Shown here: positions 20,923-33,156 of the stretch, in pieces
Numbering within the stretch: the stretch's first letter is position 1
How the letters are laid out: each line of letters opens with the position of its first letter
Source: an uncultured Piscinibacter sp.
Lineage (GTDB): Bacteria; Pseudomonadota; Gammaproteobacteria; Burkholderiales; Burkholderiaceae_C
Assembly: GCF_937952055.1 (NCBI RefSeq)
Contig: NZ_CALFYO010000018.1
Location: forward strand, 1,194-65,193
DNA: 64,000 nt
Reading direction: 5' to 3'
Position numbers and translations under genes: made by a program
Notes under the pieces: generated by a model
Seen by the model: only the letters and a program-made list of their open reading frames with translations
Told to the model about the DNA's origin: nothing
Database searches by the model: none

Positions 20923-21759
20923 CTAGCGACCCCGCCAGTGTGTCTGCATCGCGATCCAGAGCTTGCGAATAGGCGTGAGAGAGGTGCGCTGGTGCAGCAC
21001 CTGGAAGCCATCGGCCTCGATCTCGCGCAGCAGCGAGCGGTAGATGTTGGCCATCATCAGCCCCGGCTTCTGCGCCGTGCGGTCTGCGTCGGGCAGCAGG
21101 GCCAGGGCTTCGTCGTAGCACCGATGCGCTCGCTCGGCCTGGAAGCGCATCAGCGCCGCGAAGCGATCGCTGTAAGCGCGATCGAGGATCTCCTGTGCCG
21201 TCACCTCGAACTGCTTCAACTCGGTCATCGGCAGGTAAATGCGGCCACGCCGTGCGTCGTCGCCGACGTCGCGAATGATGTTGGTGAGTTGCATCGCGAG
21301 CCCGAGTCGGTGGGCATAGCTCACGGTGTCGTCGTGCGTCCGACCGAAGACATTGGCCGCGACTTCGCCGACGATTCCGGCGACGAGATGGCAATAGCGT
21401 GCGAGTCCCGCGAAGTCGAGGTAGCGCGACTGATCGAGGTCCATCTGGCAACCGTCGATCACCGCCTGCAGATGGTCGGCGCGGATGCCATAGTCCTCGG
21501 CGATCGGCTGCAGGGCCTGCATCACCGGATGGCTGGGCCCTCCTTCGAAGGCGGCATGGACCTCGCGGCGCCACCAGGCCAGCTTGGTCGCGGCCACGGC
21601 GGGGTCGCTGACCTCGTCGACGACGTCGTCGACCTCGCGGCAGAACGCGTAGAAGGCGGTGATCGCCATTCGGCGGGGCGGCGGCAGGAACAGGAAGGCA
21701 TAGTAGAAGCTCGACCCGCTTGTCGCCGCCTTGTCCTGCACGTACTGCTGTGGCGTCAT
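20923..21759 (-). CDS. hpnD: presqualene diphosphate synthase
   Basis: MTPQQYVQDKAATSGSSFYYAFLFLPPPRRMAITAFYAFCREVDDVVDE plus a second Asp-rich motif, NIIRDVGDDARRGRIYLP. Squalene/phytoene synthase fold. The ATG overlaps the hpnC stop (ATGA). Confidence 0.8.
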   Translation of the reverse strand: MTPQQYVQDKAATSGSSFYYAFLFLPPPRRMAITAFYAFCREVDDVVDEVSDPAVAATKLAWWRREVHAAFEGGPSHPVMQALQPIAEDYGIRADHLQAVIDGCQMDLDQSRYLDFAGLARYCHLVAGIVGEVAANVFGRTHDDTVSYAHRLGLAMQLTNIIRDVGDDARRGRIYLPMTELKQFEVTAQEILDRAYSDRFAALMRFQAERAHRCYDEALALLPDADRTAQKPGLMMANIYRSLLREIEADGFQVLHQRTSLTPIRKLWIAMQTHWRGR

Positions 21760-22610
21760 GCGGCGCTCCCGGCAAGCGCCGGCGAGACCGGGCGCATGCG
21801 CAGCGCGCGCCAGACGATGACGGGCAGGTCCGCCGCACGCACCGTCGGCCGCCGGCTCAGGGTGGCGTAGTCGATCGCGGCGATCGTGTCGAGAATGCGC
21901 AGCCCGCCTTGCACCACCAGGCGCAATTCCCATCCCGCGCGTCCCGGCACGCGGTGCACCAGTGGCGCGCCTTCGCACATCAGGGCACGTGCCCAATCGC
22001 ACTGCGCTCGCAAGGCTGCACGAGCCTCGGGCGAGTCACTGCCGGCGAGCAGTACCTCCGGCGACGCTGCGTGCCGCGAGCATTCGTCCAGCGGTAGGTA
22101 GAGCCGGCCGCGCCGGGTGTCGATGGCCAGGTCCTGCCAGAAGTTGATCAGCTGAAGCGCGGAGCAGATCGCGTCCGAGCGACGCAGTGAATCCTCGTCG
22201 CTGATTCCGTACAGGTGCAGCAGCAGTCGCCCCACCGGATTGGCCGAGCGTCGGCAGTAGTCCAGCAGTTCGTCGCGGTCGGCGTAGCGGTGCTTGATCA
22301 CGTCCTGCTCGAACGCGTCGAGCAAGTCGTGCAGCAGGGGCAGGGGCAGTGCATAGGCTCGCGCCTCGCGGCCCAGCGCCTCGAACACCCCCGACCAGCG
22401 GCCGGAAGTCGGCTCGCCCTTGACCGCCGCCTGCAGGTCGCGCCGGTAGACCGCGAGGTCGGCGAGGCGCGTCGATGGCGTGGCATCGCCTTCGTCGGCG
22501 AGGTCGTCCGCCGTGCGTGCAAACCAGTAGATCGCCGCGATTGGTGGGCGCAGGGCCGGCGGGCACAGCCAGGACGCGACGGGAAAATTCTCGTAGTGGT
22601 CGACGCTCAC
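21756..22610 (-). CDS. hpnC: hydroxysqualene synthase
   Basis: VSVDHYENFPVASWLCP.. is the typical HpnC N-terminus. Motifs ARTADDLADEGD and NFWQDLAIDTRRGRLYLP. The preferred start is GTG 22608-22610. The ORF track extends to GTG 22682. Confidence 0.8.
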   Translation of the reverse strand: MSVDHYENFPVASWLCPPALRPPIAAIYWFARTADDLADEGDATPSTRLADLAVYRRDLQAAVKGEPTSGRWSGVFEALGREARAYALPLPLLHDLLDAFEQDVIKHRYADRDELLDYCRRSANPVGRLLLHLYGISDEDSLRRSDAICSALQLINFWQDLAIDTRRGRLYLPLDECSRHAASPEVLLAGSDSPEARAALRAQCDWARALMCEGAPLVHRVPGRAGWELRLVVQGGLRILDTIAAIDYATLSRRPTVRAADLPVIVWRALRMRPVSPALAGSAA

Positions 22611-22697
22611 GGGCCCGATTGTCCACGGCTGAGTGAGTGGCAGAGCGGGCAGGCGTTCGATGGATGGGGTTTGACATCGCACAAGGGTCCCAATACA

Positions 22698-22719
22698 TTA
22701 CTGACCAGTCAGTCAGTTA
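22698..22719. promoter_or_regulatory. operator-like palindrome in the hpnC / RND divergent region
   Basis: ACTGAC-CA-GTCAGT at 22700-22713 has perfect 6-bp arms. An overlapping register is TTACTGAC-N6-GTCAGTTA (22698-22719, 7/8 match), created by a GTCAGTCAGT run. Confidence 0.3.
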
Positions 22720-22756
22720 GACCGCGCCGCCCATCAACTCCCACGCCAGGACCCGA

Positions 22757-23884
22757 ATGAAGCCGCTGTATGCCCTCGCGCTCGCCAGCCTCGCCACGCT
22801 TTCGGCCTGCTCCAAGCCTGAGCCGGCCGCTGCCCCGATCCGCGCGGTGCGCACTGTCACCGTGGCCCCGCAGACCGCCGGTGGGGGCCACGAATATGCC
22901 GGGGAGGTGAAGGCACGCACGGAGTCGCGTCTGGGGTTCCGCGTCAGCGGCAAGATCGTGCGTCGGGACGCCGATCCTGGCGAGAGCGTGAAGGCCGGCC
23001 AGCTGCTGGCCCAGCTGGACCCGCAGGATCTGCGGCTCGGGCAGGAGGCCGCCCGGGCGGCGCTCTCGGCGGCCCAGGTCAATCTCGACCAGGCTGCCGC
23101 CGACTTCGTGCGCTTCAAGGAACTGCGTGACCAGGGCTTCATCAGTTCGGCGGAGCTCGAACGGCGCGAGACGGCGCTGAAGTCCGCACAGGCCCAGTTC
23201 GAGCAGGCGCGGGCGCAGAACAGCGTGCAGGGCAATCAGGCGACCTACGCGTCGCTGCTGGCCGATGCAAAAGGGGTGATCACCGCTGTCGAGGCCGAGC
23301 CCGGCATGGTGGTCGCCGCGGGATCGCCGGTGCTGCGCCTGGCACACGACGGCCCGCGCGACGTGGTCTTCGCGGTGCCGGAGGACAAGGTGTCGCTGAT
23401 CAAGCAGCTCGCCGGCGTGCCCGGCCGCTTCAAGGTGCGGCTGTGGGGCAGCAGCGGTGAGCCGCTGCCCGCCACCATCCGCGAGATCTCGGCGGCTGCC
23501 GATCCGGTCACGCGCACCTTTCTCGTCAAGGCCGATATCGGCCATGCCGCGGTGAGGCTCGGGCAGACCGCCACCGTGCTCGTCGAACTGCCGCAGACCG
23601 CCGGTGTGACCAAGCTGCCCCTGTCGGCGCTGAAGGAGGAGCAGGGCAGGACCGTGGTCTGGCTGGTCGACCGCCAGAGCATGACCGTGCGCGCCCAACC
23701 GGTGCAGGTGGCCGGCGCCGACGGCAACGATGCGGTGATCACCGGCGGGCTGCAGAGCGGTCAGGTGGTCGTGACCGCCGGCGTGCACGTGCTGAACCCG
23801 GGGCAGTTGGTGAAGTTCTACGTCGACCCCGGGGCGCCCTCGGCCTCCGCTGCCACCAGCGCCACCGCGGTGTCCATCAAGTGA
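22757..23884 (+). CDS. efflux RND transporter periplasmic adaptor (membrane fusion) subunit, lipoprotein
   Basis: Lipobox LATLSAC. HlyD/biotinyl-lipoyl-like and coiled-coil segments (..GKIVRRDADPGESVKAGQLLAQLDPQDL..). Followed by the RND permease with a GTGA overlap. Confidence 0.85.
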   Translation: MKPLYALALASLATLSACSKPEPAAAPIRAVRTVTVAPQTAGGGHEYAGEVKARTESRLGFRVSGKIVRRDADPGESVKAGQLLAQLDPQDLRLGQEAARAALSAAQVNLDQAAADFVRFKELRDQGFISSAELERRETALKSAQAQFEQARAQNSVQGNQATYASLLADAKGVITAVEAEPGMVVAAGSPVLRLAHDGPRDVVFAVPEDKVSLIKQLAGVPGRFKVRLWGSSGEPLPATIREISAAADPVTRTFLVKADIGHAAVRLGQTATVLVELPQTAGVTKLPLSALKEEQGRTVVWLVDRQSMTVRAQPVQVAGADGNDAVITGGLQSGQVVVTAGVHVLNPGQLVKFYVDPGAPSASAATSATAVSIK

Positions 23885-26800
23885 GCGGGGTGCACGTGGA
23901 CCACCCTGCGATCGCCGGCGCAGCGCTCTCGCGCTTCAACATCTCGCGCTGGGCGTTGGACCACCCGGCGCTGACCCGCTACCTGCTCGTGGTGCTGCTG
24001 CTGCTGGGCTTCGCGGCGTACTTCCAGCTCGGCCAGGACGAAGATCCGCCGTTCACCTTCCGCGCCATGGCGATCCGGGTCTTCTGGCCGGGGGCTACCG
24101 CTCAGCAGGTGGCCGACCAGGTGACCGACAAGCTCGAGCGCACCCTGCAGGAAGTGCCGTACTCGGACAAGATCCGCAGCTACTCCAAGCCGGGCGAGGC
24201 GCTGATCCTCTTTCAGGTGAAGGACCACTCGCCGCCGCGCGAGATGGCGCAGATCTGGTACACGGTGCGCAAGAAGATCGGCGACATGCGCGGCACCCTT
24301 CCGGCCGGGGTGGTCGGCCCGTTCTTCAACGACGAGTTCGGCGATGTCTACGGCTCGATCTATGCGCTGTCCGCCGACGGCTTCAGCTACCAGGAGCTCA
24401 AGGACCAGGCCGACTTCGTGCGCCAGCGCCTGCTGAAGGTGAAGGACGTCAACAAAGTGCAGGTGTTCGGCGCGCAGGACGAGAAGGTCTTCATCGAGAT
24501 TCCACAGAAGCGCCTCGCGCAACTCGGCCTCGACTTCAGCCAGGTGCTGGCGCAGATCGGCCAGCAGAACGCGGTGGAGTCTGCCGGCACGGTGAATGCC
24601 CCGACCGACTACGTGCAGGTGCGCGTGGCCGGCCAGTTCAACAGCGTCGATGAGCTGAGGCTCTTCCCGATCCGCGCCAATGGCGCGAGCTTCAAGCTCG
24701 GGGACATCGCCGAGATCCGCCGCGCCTACGTCGATCCGCCGCAGGTCAAGGTGCGCCACCAGGGACGAGAGGTGATCGCGCTGGGCATCTCGATGGCCAA
24801 GGGTGGAGACATCATCGAGCTGGGCAAGTCGCTGCGGGTGGCCACCGAGGCGATCCGCGCCGACCTGCCGGTGGGCATCGAGCTGCACCAGTTCCAGGAC
24901 CAGTCGGCCGTCGTGTCGCGCTCGGTGGGCGAGTTCGTCAAGGTGCTGATCGAGGCGGTGGTGATCGTGCTGGCCGTCAGCTTCATCAGCCTGGGTCTGC
25001 ATTTCAAGCCCTTCCGCATCGACTGGCGGCCGGGTCTGGTGGTGGGCATCACCATCCCCCTGGTGCTGGCCATCACCTTCGTCACGATGTACTACTGGGG
25101 CGTGGGCCTGCACAAGATCTCGCTGGGGTCGCTGATCATCGCACTCGGCCTGCTGGTCGACGACGCGATCATCGCGGTCGAGATGATGGTGCGCAAGCTC
25201 GAAGAGGGCTACGACAAGGTGCGCGCCGCGACCTTTGCCTACGAGGCGACGGCGATGCCCATGCTGACCGGCACCTTGATCACCGCGGTCGGGTTTCTGC
25301 CCATCGGCATGGCCAAGTCGACGGTCGGCGAGTACACCTTCGCGATCTTCGCCGTCACCGCGGCGGCGCTGCTGATCTCATGGGGTGTGTCGGTCTACTT
25401 CGTGCCTTACCTGGGCACGCTGATCCTGAAGCACAAGGCCAACGGCAATGTCGCCGGCGAGCCGCACGAGCTGTTCGACACGCCGTTCTACACGCGCTTC
25501 CGTGCGCTGGTGAACTGGTGCGTCCAGCACCGCTGGATCACCATCGCCCTGACCATCGGCACACTGGTGCTCGGCCTGTTGGGCATGGGCAAGGTGCAGA
25601 ACCAGTTCTTCCCGGACTCGAGCCGGCTGGAGATCCTGGTCGACCTCTGGTACCCGGAAGGCACGTCCTACAGCGCCAACGAGGAGGTGACCAGGCGCGT
25701 CGAGGCCCGCATCATGACGCTGGAAGGCGTGGACCACGTCACCACCTGGGTGGGCAGCGGCGCCGAGCGCTTCGCTCTGGTACTCGATCAGATCTTTCCG
25801 CAAAGCAACGTCAGCCAGCTGATCGTGCTGCCCAGGGACTTGGCTTCTCGCGAGCGGCTGCGCAGGATGCTGCCCGAGGTGCTGGCCAGCGAGTTCCCGG
25901 AGGCTCGCGGCCGCGCCAAGCTGCTGCCCAACGGGCCGCCGGTGCCTTACCCGGTGCAGTTCCGCGTCGTCGGGCCCGACCCGCGCAAGGTGCGCGCCTA
26001 CGCCGACGAGGTCAAGGCGATCATGCGCGGCAACCCGAACCTGCGCGGCATCAACGACAACTGGAACGAATCGGTCAAGGTGCTGCGGCTGGAGGTGGAC
26101 CAGGACAAGGCGCGCGCGCTGGGCGTGACCAGCCAGTCCATCGCGCAGGCAGCGCGCACCTTCAACAGCGGCTCGACGATCGGCCAGTTTCGCGAGGGAG
26201 ACAAGCTGATCGACATCGTGCTGCGCCAACCGCTGGAGGAGCGCGACACTCTGACCGCGCTGGCCAGTGGCTATGTGCCGACCGCCAGCGGCCGCAGCAT
26301 CCCGCTGTCGCAGATCGCCAAGGCGAGCTTCAGCTGGGAGCCGGGCGTGCTGTGGCGCGAAGGACGCGACTACGCGGCCACGGTGCAGGGCGACATCGTC
26401 GAGGGCCTGCAGGGCGCCACGGTGACGGCGCAGCTCGATCCGCTGTTCAAGCCGGTGCGCGACCGCATGCTGCCGGGCTACCGCATCGAGGTGGCCGGCG
26501 CGGTGGAGGAAAGCAGCAAGGGCCAGGGCTCCATTGCCGCCGGCGCGCCGCTGATGCTGTTCATCATGTTCACGCTCCTGATGCTGCAACTGCACAGCTT
26601 CAGCCGCGCGGTGCTGGTGTTCCTGACCGGTCCGATGGGTATCGCCGGCGTGGCCGCCGCACTGCTGCTGCTCGACCGGCCGTTCGGCTTCGTCGCGCTG
26701 CTCGGCGTGATCGCGCTGATGGGCATGATCATGCGCAACTCGGTGATCCTGATCGACCAGATCGAGCACGACCGCGAGCGCGGCGTGGCGACCTGGGATG

Positions 26801-27033
26801 CGATCGTCGAGGCGGCTGTGAGGCGTTTCCGGCCAATCATCCTGACGGCGGCGGCGGCGGTGCTGGCGATGATCCCCTTGTCGCGCAGCGTGTTCTGGGG
26901 GCCGATGGCCGTGGCCATCATGGGCGGACTGATCGTCGCCACGGCGCTGACGCTGCTCGCCCTGCCGGCCATGTACGCGGCCTGGTTCCGCGTCAAACCG
27001 GCCCGTGAGGAGCGGCTCGCCGCATCCCGCTAA
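23881..27033 (+). CDS. efflux RND transporter permease (AcrB/AcrD/AcrF family)
   Basis: 1050 aa with 12-TM architecture and two large periplasmic loops. Typical N-terminus ..FNISRWALDHPALTRYLLVVLLLLG. Confidence 0.9.
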   Translation: MSGVHVDHPAIAGAALSRFNISRWALDHPALTRYLLVVLLLLGFAAYFQLGQDEDPPFTFRAMAIRVFWPGATAQQVADQVTDKLERTLQEVPYSDKIRSYSKPGEALILFQVKDHSPPREMAQIWYTVRKKIGDMRGTLPAGVVGPFFNDEFGDVYGSIYALSADGFSYQELKDQADFVRQRLLKVKDVNKVQVFGAQDEKVFIEIPQKRLAQLGLDFSQVLAQIGQQNAVESAGTVNAPTDYVQVRVAGQFNSVDELRLFPIRANGASFKLGDIAEIRRAYVDPPQVKVRHQGREVIALGISMAKGGDIIELGKSLRVATEAIRADLPVGIELHQFQDQSAVVSRSVGEFVKVLIEAVVIVLAVSFISLGLHFKPFRIDWRPGLVVGITIPLVLAITFVTMYYWGVGLHKISLGSLIIALGLLVDDAIIAVEMMVRKLEEGYDKVRAATFAYEATAMPMLTGTLITAVGFLPIGMAKSTVGEYTFAIFAVTAAALLISWGVSVYFVPYLGTLILKHKANGNVAGEPHELFDTPFYTRFRALVNWCVQHRWITIALTIGTLVLGLLGMGKVQNQFFPDSSRLEILVDLWYPEGTSYSANEEVTRRVEARIMTLEGVDHVTTWVGSGAERFALVLDQIFPQSNVSQLIVLPRDLASRERLRRMLPEVLASEFPEARGRAKLLPNGPPVPYPVQFRVVGPDPRKVRAYADEVKAIMRGNPNLRGINDNWNESVKVLRLEVDQDKARALGVTSQSIAQAARTFNSGSTIGQFREGDKLIDIVLRQPLEERDTLTALASGYVPTASGRSIPLSQIAKASFSWEPGVLWREGRDYAATVQGDIVEGLQGATVTAQLDPLFKPVRDRMLPGYRIEVAGAVEESSKGQGSIAAGAPLMLFIMFTLLMLQLHSFSRAVLVFLTGPMGIAGVAAALLLLDRPFGFVALLGVIALMGMIMRNSVILIDQIEHDRERGVATWDAIVEAAVRRFRPIILTAAAAVLAMIPLSRSVFWGPMAVAIMGGLIVATALTLLALPAMYAAWFRVKPAREERLAASR

Positions 27034-27066
27034 AATCTCGGGTTTGCCGTCGAGGCCGTCCCCCTT

Positions 27067-27153
27067 GCGCGGGTGGCGAAATTGGTAGACGCACCAGGTT
27101 TAGGTCCTGACGCCAGCGATGGTGTGGGGGTTCGAGTCCCCCCCCGCGCACCA
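27067..27153 (+). tRNA. tRNA-Leu (anticodon TAG)
   Basis: Acceptor GCGCGGG/CCCGCGC with discriminator A and an encoded CCA. Anticodon loop TTTAGGT. Long variable arm. T-arm GGGGG-TTCGAGT-CCCCC. Confidence 0.9.
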
Positions 27154-27182
27154 GACATTCAACCCTCCAGTCCGAGAACACC

Positions 27183-28490
27183 ATGTCCGTTCAAGTCGAA
27201 ACCCTCGAGAAGCTCGAGCGCCGCATCACGCTGACGCTGCCCACCGACACCATCAAGTCGGAGGTCGAGTCGCGCCTGAAGCGCCTGGCTCGCACGGTCA
27301 AGGCCGATGGCTTCCGCCCGGGCAAGGTGCCGATGAGCGTGGTCGCCCAGCGCTACGGCTACTCTGTGCACTACGAGGTGATGAACGACAAGGTCGGCGA
27401 GAAGTTCAACGAGGCCGTCAACGAGGCCAAGCTGCGCGTCGCCGGTGCGCCCCGCATCACCGAGAAGGAGGGCGCGGCCGAGGGGGAAGTGGCCTTCGAC
27501 GCCACGTTCGAGGTCTATCCTGAGGTGAAGATCGGCGACCTCGCCAGCGCCGAGGTCGAGCGCGTCAGCACGGAGGTGACCGAGGCTGCGATCGACAAGA
27601 CCCTGGACATCCTGCGCAAGCAACGTCGCACCTTTCAGCAGCGCGCCGCCTCGGAAGGGGCTGCCGAGGGCGACCGCGTGACGATCGACTTCGAAGGAAA
27701 GATCGACGGCGTGCCCTTCGAAGGCGGCAAGGCCGAGGGCTTCCAGTTCATCGTCGGCGAAGGCCAGATGCTCGAGCAGTTCGACGCTGCGGTGCGCGGC
27801 ATGAAGGCCGGTGAGAGCAAGACCTTCCCGCTGCAGTTCCCGGCCGACTACCACGGCAAGGACGTGGCAGGGAAGGAAGCCGACTTCCTGGTGACGCTCA
27901 AGAAGATCGAGGCGCAGCACCTGCCCGAGGTCAACGAGGCACTGGCCAAGTCGCTCGGCATCAAGGAAGGTTCGGTCGAGGCGCTGCGTGCCGACATCAA
28001 GAAGAACCTCGAGCGCGAGGTCAAGTTCCGTGTGCTGGCGCGCAACAAGTCCAGCGTGATGGAAGCGCTGATCAAGGTGGCCGAGCTCGACGTGCCCAAG
28101 GCGCTGGTCGCCGGCGAGGTGGACCGCATGACCGAAGCGGCTCGTGCCGACCTGAAGAAGCGCGGCGTCAAGGATGCGGACAATGCACCGATCCCGGCCG
28201 AGATCTTCCAGCCTCAGGCCGAGCGCCGCGTGCGCCTCGGGCTGGTGGTGGGCGAGCTGGTGCGCGCCAACAACCTGCAGGCCAAGCCCGAACAGTTGCA
28301 GGCGCACATCGAGGAAATGGCGCAAAGCTACGAGCGTCCCGCCGAGGTGGTGCGCTGGTACCTGGGCGATCGCAACCGCATGGCCGAGGTCGAGGCGGTG
28401 GTGATCGAGAACAACGTCGCTGCGTTCGTGCTTGGCAAGGCCAAGGTCACCGACAAGGCCGTTCCCTTCGACGAGTTGATGGTCGGCTGA
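27183..28490 (+). CDS. tig: trigger factor
   Basis: 435 aa: [22 protein letters not shown].. Central FKBP PPIase domain (..[20 protein letters not shown]..). Followed by clpP-clpX-lon. Confidence 0.95.
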   Translation: MSVQVETLEKLERRITLTLPTDTIKSEVESRLKRLARTVKADGFRPGKVPMSVVAQRYGYSVHYEVMNDKVGEKFNEAVNEAKLRVAGAPRITEKEGAAEGEVAFDATFEVYPEVKIGDLASAEVERVSTEVTEAAIDKTLDILRKQRRTFQQRAASEGAAEGDRVTIDFEGKIDGVPFEGGKAEGFQFIVGEGQMLEQFDAAVRGMKAGESKTFPLQFPADYHGKDVAGKEADFLVTLKKIEAQHLPEVNEALAKSLGIKEGSVEALRADIKKNLEREVKFRVLARNKSSVMEALIKVAELDVPKALVAGEVDRMTEAARADLKKRGVKDADNAPIPAEIFQPQAERRVRLGLVVGELVRANNLQAKPEQLQAHIEEMAQSYERPAEVVRWYLGDRNRMAEVEAVVIENNVAAFVLGKAKVTDKAVPFDELMVG

Positions 28491-28581
28491 GCGACGAAGG
28501 TCGCGAAGCGCGGCGCACAGCCGCTCGCACGGGGCACCGGGCCGCGAGGCCGGTGCCCCGCGCCGCTTCTGCGAGGCCGCT

Positions 28582-28608
28582 CTTGTGGCGACATAATCAG
28601 CCCCAACT
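28582..28608 (+). promoter_or_regulatory. candidate sigma-32 (heat-shock) promoter of clpP
   Basis: CTTGTG-N13-CCCCAACT compared with the consensus CTTGAA-N13-15-CCCCATnT. Lies about 32 nt upstream of the clpP ATG. Confidence 0.4.
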
Positions 28609-28639
28609 TCCCCGCAGAACTCACTTTCCAAGGATCGTC

Positions 28640-29248
28640 ATGAGCGCGCTCGACACCACCAGCCTGGGCATGGTGCCCATCGTCATCGAGACTTCCGGCC
28701 GCGGCGAGCGCGCCTACGACATCTACAGCCGCCTGCTGCGCGAGCGCATCATCTTCCTCGTCGGCCCGGTGACCGACCAGTCGGCCAACCTCGTGGTGGC
28801 GCAGATGCTGTTCCTGGAGAGCGAGAACCCCGACAAGGACATCTATCTGTACATCAACTCGCCGGGCGGCTCGGTGACCGCAGGCATGTCGATCTACGAC
28901 ACCATGCAGTTCGTCAAGCCGGACGTCTCGACCATGTGCCTGGGCATGGCGGCGAGCATGGGTTCCTTCCTGCTGATGGCCGGCGCCAAGGGCAAGCGGG
29001 TGGCGCTGCCGAACTCGCGCGTGATGATCCACCAGCCGTCCGGCGGTGCCCAGGGGCAGGCCACCGACATCGAGATCCACGCGCGCGAGATCCTCAAGAC
29101 ACGCGAGCAACTGAACAAGATCTACGCGGAGCGCACGGGCCAGTCGCTGGCCAAGATCCAGGCCGACATGGAGCGTGACTTCTTTCTCGATGCGGAAGAA
29201 GCCAAGGCCTATGGGCTGATCGACCAGGTGATCACCAAGCGTCCCTGA
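28640..29248 (+). CDS. clpP: ATP-dependent Clp protease proteolytic subunit
   Basis: 202 aa: ..[61 protein letters not shown].. (Ser-His-Asp triad context). Confidence 0.95.
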   Translation: MSALDTTSLGMVPIVIETSGRGERAYDIYSRLLRERIIFLVGPVTDQSANLVVAQMLFLESENPDKDIYLYINSPGGSVTAGMSIYDTMQFVKPDVSTMCLGMAASMGSFLLMAGAKGKRVALPNSRVMIHQPSGGAQGQATDIEIHAREILKTREQLNKIYAERTGQSLAKIQADMERDFFLDAEEAKAYGLIDQVITKRP

Positions 29249-29366
29249 GCGGCGCCGCTGCGGCCTGGCGCGGAGAAGGGCCGTTTTCGGTCCTTATCCA
29301 CAGGGAAGTCCGGGTTGCCGTTTCCACTATCATTGGCGCAGCGCCACCCAACCAGGCAATCCATCC

Positions 29367-30635
29367 ATGGCCGACAAGAAAGGCTCCGCGACCGAGAAGG
29401 TTCTGTATTGCTCCTTCTGCGGCAAGAGCCAGCACGAAGTCAAGAAGCTGATCGCCGGCCCGTCGGTGTTCATCTGCGACGAGTGCATCGAGCTGTGCAA
29501 CGACATCATCCGCGATGAAGTGCCGGCCGAAGGCGCGGAAGCTCGCGCTGCCAAGTCGGACCTGCCGATCCCGACCGAGATCAAGTCCATCCTCGACCAG
29601 TACGTGATCGGGCAGGACGCTGCCAAGCGCACCCTCGCCGTGGCGGTCTACAACCACTACAAGCGGCTCAAGCACATGAGCCGCACGAAGGACGAGGTCG
29701 AGCTCGCCAAGAGCAACATCCTGCTCATCGGGCCCACTGGCTCGGGCAAGACGCTCCTCGCCCAGACGCTCGCCCGTCTGCTCAACGTGCCCTTCGTCAT
29801 CGCCGACGCCACCACGCTGACCGAAGCCGGGTACGTGGGCGAGGACGTCGAGAACATCATCCAGAAGCTGTTGCAGAACTGCGGCTACGACGTCGAGAAG
29901 GCGCAGCGCGGCATCGTCTACATCGACGAGATCGACAAGATCTCGCGCAAGGCCGACAACCCGTCGATCACCCGCGACGTGTCCGGAGAGGGCGTGCAGC
30001 AGGCGTTGCTCAAGCTCGTCGAAGGAACGATGGCCAGCGTGCCGCCGCAGGGCGGGCGCAAGCACCCGAATCAGGATTTCCTGCAGATCGACACGACGAA
30101 CATCCTGTTCATCTGCGGCGGCGCATTCGACGGCCTGGAGAAAGTCATCCAGAACCGCACCGAGCGCTCGGGCATCGGTTTCGGTGCGTCGGTGCATGGC
30201 AAGTCGGAGCGGCGCGTTTCCGAGGTGTTCCGCGAGGTGGAGCCTGAGGACCTGATCAAGTTCGGTCTGATCCCGGAACTGGTCGGCCGCCTGCCGGTGG
30301 TGGCGACGCTGGGCGAGCTGACCGAGGACGCACTGGTGCAGATCCTCACCGAGCCGAAGAACGCGCTGGTGAAGCAGTACCAGAAGCTGTTCGCCATGGA
30401 TGGTGTCGAGCTCGAGATCCGCCCCTCGGCGCTGGCGGCGATCGCCCGCAAGGCGCTGGCACGCAAGACCGGCGCGCGCGGCTTGAGATCCATCATGGAG
30501 CATTCGCTGATCGACACCATGTTCGACCTGCCGAACCTGGATGGCGTGGCCAAGGTGGTGCTCGACGAACACACGATCGAAGAAGAGGCAAAGCCGCTGC
30601 TCGTCTACCGCGAGCAGGCAAAGGCGAGCGCCTGA
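29367..30635 (+). CDS. clpX: ATP-dependent Clp protease ATP-binding subunit ClpX
   Basis: Zinc-binding N-domain [30 protein letters not shown]. Walker A GPTGSGKT. Confidence 0.95.
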   Translation: MADKKGSATEKVLYCSFCGKSQHEVKKLIAGPSVFICDECIELCNDIIRDEVPAEGAEARAAKSDLPIPTEIKSILDQYVIGQDAAKRTLAVAVYNHYKRLKHMSRTKDEVELAKSNILLIGPTGSGKTLLAQTLARLLNVPFVIADATTLTEAGYVGEDVENIIQKLLQNCGYDVEKAQRGIVYIDEIDKISRKADNPSITRDVSGEGVQQALLKLVEGTMASVPPQGGRKHPNQDFLQIDTTNILFICGGAFDGLEKVIQNRTERSGIGFGASVHGKSERRVSEVFREVEPEDLIKFGLIPELVGRLPVVATLGELTEDALVQILTEPKNALVKQYQKLFAMDGVELEIRPSALAAIARKALARKTGARGLRSIMEHSLIDTMFDLPNLDGVAKVVLDEHTIEEEAKPLLVYREQAKASA

Positions 30636-30671
30636 CGTCCGGTGTGCCGCTGCGGGAGGTGGTGGCGGCTC

Positions 30672-30699
30672 CTTGCAATTGACGGCTCGGGCCTCAGAT
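30672..30699 (+). promoter_or_regulatory. candidate sigma-32 promoter of lon
   Basis: CTTGCA-N14-CCTCAGAT, a partial match to the sigma-32 consensus, about 25 nt upstream of the lon ATG. Confidence 0.3.
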
Positions 30700-30723
30700 C
30701 GGCCTGAGAAAGAGAGGTTTCCA

Positions 30724-33138
<2,415 letters not shown>

Positions 33139-33156
33139 AGACGGACATCGTCGGGT

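Noticed and set aside
23881-27033. RND permease as the hopanoid transporter HpnN, given its position next to hpnCDE.
   Set aside because: It is 1050 aa, AcrB-like, and paired with a membrane-fusion lipoprotein. HpnN-type transporters are shorter, adaptor-less and from a different RND subfamily. Only a speculative link is retained in the findings.
30541-30723. 61-codon N-terminal extension of lon. Similar extensions occur for clpP (28553), etfA (36092), hisS (59962), bamB (62035), pilW (56712), ilvH (11625), rluD (51669), hpnD (22002) and dgkA (7321).
   Set aside because: The extensions run through the upstream gene or intergenic DNA in a different context. They are Arg/Pro/Ala-rich and precede internal start codons that give canonical family N-termini, often with a Shine-Dalgarno sequence or an ATGA/GTGA overlap.
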